From: an uncultured bacterium
GTDB taxonomy: Bacteria > Hydrogenedentota > Hydrogenedentia > Hydrogenedentales > JAEUWI01
Direction: 5' to 3'
NCBI GenBank assembly: GCA_963977445.1
Contig: CAXBPH010000074.1
Span: 1 to 27,696 of the forward strand
DNA: 27,696 nt
The notes beneath the pieces are model-generated. The model saw only the letters and a list, made by a program, of their open reading frames with translations, made no database searches and had not been told where the DNA came from. Below are positions 19,466 through 25,659 of the stretch, piece by piece. The position numbers and the translations under genes are program-made. Within the stretch, counting starts at the first letter, position 1. Every line of letters begins with the position of its first letter.

Positions 19466-19922
19466 TGCTCACCTCCTCCGGCGATGCGGCCGTCTTCCTC
19501 GCTTGCGCCAGGAAAAACTGAATCGGGTAGTCACTACGCTCTAACACGGTTTGCTTCCCCAAGCGCTGTTTCATGTTGAGCAGAACAGGCGCCTTTAAAT
19601 TCGTGCGCACTTTAGAAACATCCTCAGAAACGACGAGAATGGTGTAGATATCGAGCTCTTCGATGGCGGAAACGGCCAGTTCGGCCAATTCATGCTGCCC
19701 CAGCTTCACCTTGTAGTCAGGAACCACATCCCGGGGATTCATGAGGAGAAAAGCCAACTCCCCCGATTCCGTGGATTGAAGCCACATAACCGCGCTGTCT
19801 TCTGGTCCGGGAAGGACGATGAAGCGTCGGAATTCCTGAAAGCCAATGATTGGCTGGGTGAAGGTGACGATCGAATCGTCGGGAACATCAATGTCCCCAA
19901 ATCGTGTTGTTCTCAACTGCAT
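19446..19922 (-). CDS. fliW: Flagellar assembly factor FliW
   Basis: [46 protein letters not shown]; overlaps csrA by 20 nt. Confidence 0.97.
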   Translation of the reverse strand: MQLRTTRFGDIDVPDDSIVTFTQPIIGFQEFRRFIVLPGPEDSAVMWLQSTESGELAFLLMNPRDVVPDYKVKLGQHELAELAVSAIEELDIYTILVVSEDVSKVRTNLKAPVLLNMKQRLGKQTVLERSDYPIQFFLAQARKTAASPEEVSNARSDA

Positions 19923-19930
19923 CGTCTCAC

Positions 19931-19944
19931 TCCGGCATCCATGC
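19931..19944 (-). promoter_or_regulatory. Candidate CsrA-binding site in the fliW leader
   Basis: mRNA GCAUGGAUGC (CANGGANG core closed by G-C) directly followed by the SD-like CGGAG. Confidence 0.5.
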
Positions 19945-19960
19945 TGCGTGTACGCGTATC

Positions 19961-19990
19961 AGTATGCACCAAGCTATGGCTATGGTGCAA
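19961..19990 (-). promoter_or_regulatory. Candidate sigma70-type promoter of the fliW-csrA operon, overlapped by the inverted repeat TGCACCA-N11-TGGTGCA
   Basis: Minus strand TTGCAC-N18-CATACT, 38 nt upstream of fliW. Confidence 0.45.
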
Positions 19991-20063
19991 GCGAAAATAG
20001 AGAAAAACGACAGACCCCGTCAAGGGATAAATGACGAGATTCGGCGAGTGCGCTATGTCACCG

Positions 20064-20447
20064 TCAGGTCGTCGACGGACAATCGCCACACTGTCCCCGT
20101 AACCATTGTCCCCCATAATAGGTCGCCTTGGAGACGGCGCCCATAAAGCCCAGCCGCTCGGCAATCCAACTCAGGGACTCAAAGGGGGGGTAGGCGGCCA
20201 ATATGGCGGCCCAGGCATCGGCATCTTCCAGAATTTCGCCCTGGTGGACGGTACGGAGGTGTCGTGGCGGACCTTCCAGTTCCTCAACCGTGAAGGCGGC
20301 CCGCGCGGCGTCTGATTGTGCGTATTCCTGCCAGGGAACAAATTGGAGTTGGCCGTCGGCCCGTTTTCCGCCATATTCGGCCAGGCGGGCGCACAATCCG
20401 CAGGAAGCGTCAAAAAGAACGGTCAGCGGCTCTTCGGGCGTATCCAC
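20064..20447 (-). CDS. DCC1-like (DUF393) thiol-disulfide oxidoreductase family protein
   Basis: VLFDASCGLC (DxxCxxC), LQFVPWQ, DADAW; GTG start 2 nt after the META stop. Confidence 0.8.
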   Translation of the reverse strand: MDTPEEPLTVLFDASCGLCARLAEYGGKRADGQLQFVPWQEYAQSDAARAAFTVEELEGPPRHLRTVHQGEILEDADAWAAILAAYPPFESLSWIAERLGFMGAVSKATYYGGQWLRGQCGDCPSTT

Positions 20448-20449
20448 GA

Positions 20450-20911
20450 TTAGCCCTTTATCGGAATAAGTACGAGTTCGCCATCGCTCCCGTACGCGAG
20501 GGTCAATAGGTCATCCTGGAGTCGGTAGTCATGGCAGTCCGTCAGGGCATTGAGGAATTGCTGTTCCAGTTTCATCACGCCTGGTGGGGAGGGGCAGGCC
20601 TTCTTGGTGCCGGACAGGGCGCTGATTTGGAGTTTTTCCCCGTCACGTTGCCACTGCCCCCGAAAATTGTTGCAGCCCGATGACCCCGAAATGGCTTGAT
20701 CCGCATCAAAGTGTACCGTAAGAAGGGCATCGTCAGGCAGCGTCTCCTGGGCATTTTTGGGGCCATGACTCACCAACTGCCATTCCGTGCCCAGGAGTCC
20801 CGGGGACGTGGCGGCCACGGCCTTGGAAGCATTTCCGCCGGCACAGCCACCGAGGCAAAGTAAGGCTATGCCACACAGGAATGCACGGGCTTGATGAGGA
20901 AAAGCGAACAT
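20450..20911 (-). CDS. META/HslJ-domain lipoprotein
   Basis: Lipobox LGGC; GTEWQLVS, SGSSGCNNFRG, TKKACP, LEQQFLNAL. Start uncertain. Confidence 0.9.
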   Translation of the reverse strand: MFAFPHQARAFLCGIALLCLGGCAGGNASKAVAATSPGLLGTEWQLVSHGPKNAQETLPDDALLTVHFDADQAISGSSGCNNFRGQWQRDGEKLQISALSGTKKACPSPPGVMKLEQQFLNALTDCHDYRLQDDLLTLAYGSDGELVLIPIKG

Positions 20912-20977
20912 GGAGATTACTCCGGCTGATCGGGAGCCTACGTCACCCGCAGGCATTCGATACGCCCTGATGAATAG

Positions 20978-21006
20978 CAAAACGACGGTCTTTAAAGACC
21001 GTCGTT
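20978..21006 (-). terminator. Rho-independent terminator of the pilin-like gene (perfect 26-bp palindrome)
   Basis: AACGACGGTCTTTAAAGACCGTCGTT at 20981-21006, running into TTTT on the minus strand, ~60 nt after the stop. Confidence 0.65.
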
Positions 21007-21065
21007 ACAATACCATAGATTTAACGTGACGCCACACACCGCCGTATTGGGCGAGCTTCCCCGAT

Positions 21066-21440
21066 TCAGGGAAGGCGGTAGCGAATATCCGTAGTAATCA
21101 TCTTGCCCATGCCCTCGACTTCGCGAGACGGGGTCAAGGGGGCTGCCGTATCGGCCAGGGGAAGTTCACCTTCCACTTCGGGTACGGCGACACTGTTGGC
21201 GCGATTCGCCCGGCGGTCAAGCCGATCATATTGCTCCGGATCGACTTGGGGACGATTCGGCACCTGAATGACTTCCGGTACCGAAGCCGAAATCAGGATG
21301 TTTTCCGCCCGTTCCGGGTCCATGCCCGCAATCGCAGGCATAAGAATAGCCGTCAAGACCATCGTCACGCCCATGACAATCACAAGCTCCGATAGACTCA
21401 AACCGCTACTACGCTTTTCTGAATGTTCTGTTTTCCACAT
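21066..21440 (-). CDS. Small protein with prepilin-type (class III) N-terminal cleavage/methylation motif
   Basis: KRSSG|LSLSELVIVMGVTMVLTAILMPAI with Glu at +5; SD AGGAG/AGGGA; Pro/Glu-rich tail. Confidence 0.75.
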   Translation of the reverse strand: MWKTEHSEKRSSGLSLSELVIVMGVTMVLTAILMPAIAGMDPERAENILISASVPEVIQVPNRPQVDPEQYDRLDRRANRANSVAVPEVEGELPLADTAAPLTPSREVEGMGKMITTDIRYRLP

Positions 21441-21461
21441 ATCCCTGTTCTCCTGCCAGAT

Positions 21462-21573
21462 GTCATTGTGTCGTTAACTGCCCCAGCATTAATTACATTG
21501 GGCACGCGAAGGCGCACTGTCCCGTTTCACATGGGACCTTCGCGACGTGCCATAGTGACACAAGGACTATGAC
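21462..21573 (-). promoter_or_regulatory. Candidate structured 5' leader RNA of the pilin-like gene
   Basis: Nested stems GGCAC/GTGCC, CGCGAAGG/CCTTCGCG and TCCC/GGGA; hairpin CATAGT/ACTATG; long-range TTGTGTC/GACACAA. Confidence 0.4.
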
Positions 21574-21996
21574 GCGATTCGGCTTCGTTTATTCAATTTT
21601 CTCGAAGACCCCGACCGACGTTGTTGTGCCGTTTGGCCACCGTAGCGCCGTACATCGCAACAAACCTTCTTTTCTACAGTATATACGATTGAATCCCGAA
21701 AAGGATACAAAAGTTTCCTGAATCGTAATAAAATAATTGAATTTCACACCATATTGAGGGGATTTGCCCACTTTTTATTCAAGCTTTTGCTCGGGAACCG
21801 ACCTCAATGTAATAACCTTCAAAATAGTATCCCGCGTAGTAATCGTGTTTTGCGTAGTTGTCCGACGTGGTGTAGCTGTCTTCAATACCCCGGTTTCGAC
21901 GGTTTTATTCATATAGCCTGTCGTCGCCATGTTTTTCGCGATAGGGCCGTTCTACGTGGACCGTTTTCGTTATGAACCCGGCTGTTCACAGAACAA

Positions 21997-23733
21997 CTAC
22001 ACCTTGTATCGCTGGAGGGAGACCACAAAGGGATACCAGACCATTGGGCTTACCAGGAGCACGCACCAGAAACCGAACCGGAAGTCGATGAGGTAGCTGT
22101 CTTTTTCGATGGTGGTATAGGCGGCACCGCCGAGGGTGAATAGGAAGACAAACAGGGTCAGGCCCACGGCCACGTCGCGCCCGTTAATCAGTTGGAAGCG
22201 CAGGCCATAGGCGAAGAGTGCCGCCAGGGTGATGGGGGGCGCAACCCACGTGGCGTAGTCCATGGCATAGCCCTGCATCGCGTCGTTGAGGCGTAAGCCA
22301 TCTAGGACGATGGGAATGAGTAAGGCAACAACGACGATCCAGAACTCCCGAGACAGGGGCAGGCGCGTACCGAGGCGGGAGGCCCACCAACGGCAAAGGA
22401 TTACGGTGGCCAGGATTGTGGACAGGGCATCGGCGCCGGGAATGGGGAAGTTTCGGGGGCTGAGATCGGAGATGTTGACAGAATTCGTCGTGTCGATCAG
22501 GGCGGGGAAGAGGCGGAGCATATGAATTGGCATATCTGTGAAACCCTTTAGCAGTTCAATTCCCACGGCGATGAGTCCGTAGATGGACAAAACAAACTGC
22601 ATCAAAAATACGTCGCTTGACATCAACACGTTTTTCATGTCGGGCGAACCGTAGCCGGTGAGGATCTGGGCAACGGCGGCGAGGGGCGTCCAGAATAGTG
22701 CCGGCCCTTGGGTGAGGAGGCCTGTCAACAGTACGGCGAGGGCGAGGGCGACCCATTTCGCACGCCCCAGGCGTTGGGAGGACAGGGGACGGGCGAGTAC
22801 AAAACGCCGGTAGGAAGAGCTGAGGTAATAGTGTGCCGTAGCGATAATCACGGGTACGCCGAACATTGCCATTGCGCCCAGGCCAATCGCCGCGACGCTA
22901 TCGTGGTTGCCGAACGCTTGGCTAAGCCCATATCCGCTACCGACGAGGATGGGGAGCCACATGGTGCATTGGCGCCATTCAAACCAGACCTGGGCCCAGA
23001 AGGGGGATGAGAAGCTTTTCTTGCGGCGGCGAGCAATGGGTGACATTCTGTGCAATTTTGCGGGCAGGACGCTGTCCATACGCCAACCACTGCGGAGTGC
23101 CCGTGCGGCCCAATAGGCCCATAGCGCTCCACCAATCGCTAACACGATAAAGAGGTTGGTGGATGGTCCGAAGGGTCCCACACGACTGAGGAGGAAGCCC
23201 CCCAAACCCATGACCACGAAACCCGTGGCGTAGACGAAGGCCCCCTGGAGAATGCCCAGTGCCCCAATCCAGAAGATGGCGGCTTGACCTTGCATGGCGA
23301 CAGCCGTCAGTAAAAGCAGGGGAAGCTGGTAGGGGGCATCGACTTCGAGAATGCTACGGGCGACGCCCCAGACCAAGGCAAGGGCGATGGCCGCCCCAAG
23401 CTGACAGAGCAAATTGGGTGCCAGGAGGTGATGGAGTCGAAGGGGTAGCGCCATGTTAATCCACGGGGGACGGAGGGAGTAACCATAATTGCTCTGGCAG
23501 AAGGCACTGTGGACGAGTCCCACGAAGGCAAGGACACCCCCCTGTGCATCGAGCCAGAAGCGTAGGGATTCTATATAGCCCTCCGTGTAAAGGGGAGTGC
23601 TTTTCGTATAGGCGGCCAGCAAGGCGTTTAAGCCGAGTAGGGTAAGTAGGATTGCCAGACCATCGGCCCTCGACCTGAATTCATACCAGAGCATGATGGG
23701 ATAGCGTATTGCCGTGCGGAGACGGTGGGTCAC
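21997..23733 (-). CDS. Polytopic membrane protein, two fused ABC-2 permease-like halves (paralogue 1)
   Basis: Many hydrophobic helices; repeated half-motifs MLWYEFR/AQVWFEWRQ and MALPLR/LARPLSSQRLGRAKW. GTG 23733 chosen for its GGAGGA SD and for length parity with paralogue 2. Confidence 0.8.
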   Translation of the reverse strand: MTHRLRTAIRYPIMLWYEFRSRADGLAILLTLLGLNALLAAYTKSTPLYTEGYIESLRFWLDAQGGVLAFVGLVHSAFCQSNYGYSLRPPWINMALPLRLHHLLAPNLLCQLGAAIALALVWGVARSILEVDAPYQLPLLLLTAVAMQGQAAIFWIGALGILQGAFVYATGFVVMGLGGFLLSRVGPFGPSTNLFIVLAIGGALWAYWAARALRSGWRMDSVLPAKLHRMSPIARRRKKSFSSPFWAQVWFEWRQCTMWLPILVGSGYGLSQAFGNHDSVAAIGLGAMAMFGVPVIIATAHYYLSSSYRRFVLARPLSSQRLGRAKWVALALAVLLTGLLTQGPALFWTPLAAVAQILTGYGSPDMKNVLMSSDVFLMQFVLSIYGLIAVGIELLKGFTDMPIHMLRLFPALIDTTNSVNISDLSPRNFPIPGADALSTILATVILCRWWASRLGTRLPLSREFWIVVVALLIPIVLDGLRLNDAMQGYAMDYATWVAPPITLAALFAYGLRFQLINGRDVAVGLTLFVFLFTLGGAAYTTIEKDSYLIDFRFGFWCVLLVSPMVWYPFVVSLQRYKV

Positions 23734-23880
23734 TTTGATTTCCTCCGGTGAAGGATTTCCGGGTGTTTTAGACATGTCCGAATCGGTCCTGGTTGTGGTA
23801 GATATTGAAGGTCGGGCCTTGCGCGTTGCCCCCATCGAATTGCTTCGGGGGCCTCGAACAGATTGGTGGGCCGTCAGCAT

Positions 23881-23976
23881 TGTGTCGCCCCTTCAGGGCT
23901 GTTGGATTTGGGATGGCCGTATTCCCAGGGCGTTGTTCGCCGCGGCGAACTATGCTGGGGCTGCCCCGTTGGGGCG
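23881..23976 (-). repeat. REP-like module family A, reverse orientation
   Basis: GCCCCTTCAGGGC, CCCAGGGCGTTG, GCCCCGTTGGGGC; imperfect inverse of 24704-24791. Confidence 0.8.
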
Positions 23977-24055
23977 TTGGTGGCTGGCCTGTGAGTCAGC
24001 GATGTCGCAATCATTGACCTGTATGTACCTGCTTGGATTGCGCGCGCCTCGTGTC

Positions 24056-24215
24056 GGGCAGAACCAAAATAGGCAAAAGGACGGACGGTACGTAACCGAA
24101 GGTCAACAAGGCCGCAGTAGCGCCCGTTGCTGGTTCTTCGGGGAGCCCTGTCGTTTTCAAGATGACTGCCGTCAACAAAGCAACGGCGATAGTGGCTGTG
24201 CCCAAAACAACGGCA
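24056..24215 (-). pseudogene. Fragment encoding two TM helices resembling the C-terminus of the flanking membrane paralogues (truncated copy)
   Basis: HAVVLGTATIAVALLTAVIL...LLTFGYVPSVLLPILVLP; similarity to copy 2 stops at the GTGTCGGGCAG REP remnant at 24051-24061. Confidence 0.45.
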
Positions 24216-24235
24216 TGGCCGCGGGTCTGCGGCCA

Positions 24236-24552
24236 CAGGGGGTTGGGCATTTCCGCCACGGCGGATCTTCGACCTGCCCGACACAAGGCCTATGGCGGTC
24301 GAACAAGGGCACCACACGATTGGCTGGTCAACTATGCGCTCCAGCGGATTCGCTCGACCTCCTGTTTGAGGATGTCGCATACGTAGAAATCCGGGGGTTG
24401 GTTTGAGCGGTGTACGCGTTGCATTGGGTAAGATGCCAATCCTTTTTTTCAATGCTGCTTTTTTCTCAGGCCCGCATGCGTTTGATTGAGCGACGCCCGC
24501 TTTGTGTCGGGCAGGTATGCCCAATCCGCTACGGCGGATCTTTGACCCCCTG
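24236..24552. repeat. REP-like family B inverted pair (30-bp arms, each with a 21-bp insert), copy 1
   Basis: Arms 24236-24286 and 24502-24552 are perfect reverse complements once inserts 24251-24271 and 24524-24544 are removed. Confidence 0.85.
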
Positions 24553-24703
24553 ATTGTGCGCGTCTCTTGCAGGGCCTCGCGTGGTTCATGTCGGGTCGAG
24601 AGGCCCGTCCCCATGTTATTTCGCTTACGTCTTGTGTCCCACATGGTGCGTATGCCTCGCTCGGTTCGAGGGGTGCGCCAGCGTGGGGGACTACTGCCTA
24701 TTC

Positions 24704-24791
24704 GGCCTGAAAGGCCAGCGCAGCTTAGCCCAGGGCAACGCCCTGGGTTTGGGTGTGCCCACCATCGGGAAAGCCCTGAAGGGGCGATACA
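24704..24791 (+). repeat. REP-like module family A, forward orientation
   Basis: Three hairpins: GGCCTGAAAGGCC, CCCAGGGCAACGCCCTGGG, GCCCTGAAGGGGC. Confidence 0.85.
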
Positions 24792-24814
24792 GTCTCTACC
24801 GTCACGTAGTTCGG

Positions 24815-25040
24815 TCAGAACATTTTTTCCTGCATTGCACGTAAAGACGGTCCATGTTTCTTGTGCCACGTCAGGTAGCAGGGTAGAACCACGATGGGCA
24901 AAAGGATGGATGGTACGTAACCGAAGGTCAACATGGCCGCAGTAGTGCCCTTTGCTGATTCTTCGGGGAGCCCTGTCGTTTTCAAGATGACTGCCGTCAA
25001 CAAAGCAACGGCGATAGTGGCTGTGCCCAAAACAACGGCA
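24815..25040 (-). pseudogene. 3'-terminal fragment of a further membrane paralogue, apparently with its own stop
   Basis: Two TM helices then LLPIVVLPCYLTWHKKH, matching the P-x4-P plus basic-tail ending of both full genes (SPMVWYPFVVSLQRYK; CPIIWLPLLYRMQRNA). Confidence 0.5.
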
Positions 25041-25060
25041 TGGCCGCGGGTCTGCGGCCA

Positions 25061-25377
25061 CAGGGGGTTGGGCATTTCCGCCACGGCGGATCTTCGACCT
25101 GCCCGACACAAGGCCTATGGCGGTCGAACAAGGGCACCACACGATTGGCTGGTCAACTATGCGCTCCAGCGGATTCGCTCGACCTCCTGTTTGAGGATGT
25201 CGCATACGTAGAAATCCGGGGGTTGGTTTGAGCGGTGTACGCGTTGCATTGGGTAAGATGCCAATCCTTTTTTTCAATGCTGCTTTTTTCTCAGGCCCGC
25301 ATGCGTTTGATTGAGCGACGCCCGCTTTGTGTCGGGCAGGTATGCCCAATCCGCCACGGCGGATCTTTGACCCCCTG
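25061..25377. repeat. REP-like family B inverted pair, copy 2
   Basis: Arms 25061-25111 and 25327-25377; inserts 25076-25096 and 25349-25369. Confidence 0.85.
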
Positions 25378-25528
25378 ATTGTGCGTGTCTTATGTAGGGC
25401 CTCGCGTGGTTCATGTCGGGTCGAGATGCCCGTCCCCACGTTATTGCGCTTGCGTGTCCCGCCCCGCATGGTGCTTATACCTCGCTGGGTTCGAGTGGTG
25501 AGCCGACGTGGGGGAATACCGTCTCTTC

Positions 25529-25616
25529 GGCCTGAAAGGCCAGCGCAGCTTAGCCCAGGGCAACGCCCTGGGTTTGCGTGCGCCCACCATCGGGATAGCC
25601 CTGAAGGGGCGACACA
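25529..25616 (+). repeat. REP-like module family A, forward orientation
   Basis: Same three hairpins as 24704-24791; ends AGCCCTGAAGGGGCGACACA, the exact inverse of 23881-23900. Confidence 0.85.
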
Positions 25617-25659
25617 AAAGTCCGGATGGCGCGATTTGGACACTTTTTTCGAAGTCGGT

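Larger units (their letters stand above)
23881..24791. repeat. Composite repeat unit copy 1 (~910 bp) bounded by inverted REP-like modules
   Basis: Left end TGTGTCGCCCCTTCAGGGCT is the reverse complement of right end AGCCCTGAAGGGGCGATACA (1 mismatch). 24056-24791 recurs at +825; 23882-24188 recurs at +3508. Confidence 0.9.
24881..25616. repeat. Composite repeat unit copy 2 (lacks the left REP-A end)
   Basis: Direct repeat of 24056-24791 at offset 825, no indels seen; about 396 bp identical core with diverged flanks. Confidence 0.92.

Noticed and set aside
19965..19989. NtrC binding site
   Set aside because: Half-sites match TGCACCA/TGGTGCA but the spacer is 11 nt instead of 3, and no sigma54 -24/-12 promoter was seen.
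21686..21770. c-di-GMP-I riboswitch (ATCCCGAAAAGGAT hairpin; GGCAAAT on the minus strand)
   Set aside because: The GGCAAA, GNRA stem and GACGCAAAG elements are not in the right order on one strand.
21574..21996. Small ORFs or RNA gene in the AT-richer intergenic region
   Set aside because: The ORFs lack an RBS and coding-like composition; no tRNA or other known RNA fold recognised; most likely promoter DNA.
23734..23880. 49-codon N-terminal extension of paralogue 1, and weak similarity of 23818-23873 to 25449-25505
   Set aside because: GTG 23733 has a strong SD and matches paralogue 2 in length; the DNA similarity is patchy and cannot be shown significant by eye.
24325..24420. Short minus-strand ORF between the REP-B arms (MQRVHRSNQPPDFYVCDILKQEVERIRWSA)
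   Set aside because: Only ~30 codons with no recognisable family; it could be another captured fragment but cannot be supported without a search.
23881..24791. Classical MITE/IS with terminal inverted repeats
   Set aside because: No target-site duplication (CAGCAT versus GTCTCT), no transposase, and the ends are multi-hairpin REP-like modules; kept as a repeat.
24056..25616. Diversity-generating retroelement TR/VR pair
   Set aside because: Differences between copies are not confined to adenines on either strand (about 6 of 10 in the left flank, mixed in the right), and no reverse transcriptase is present.
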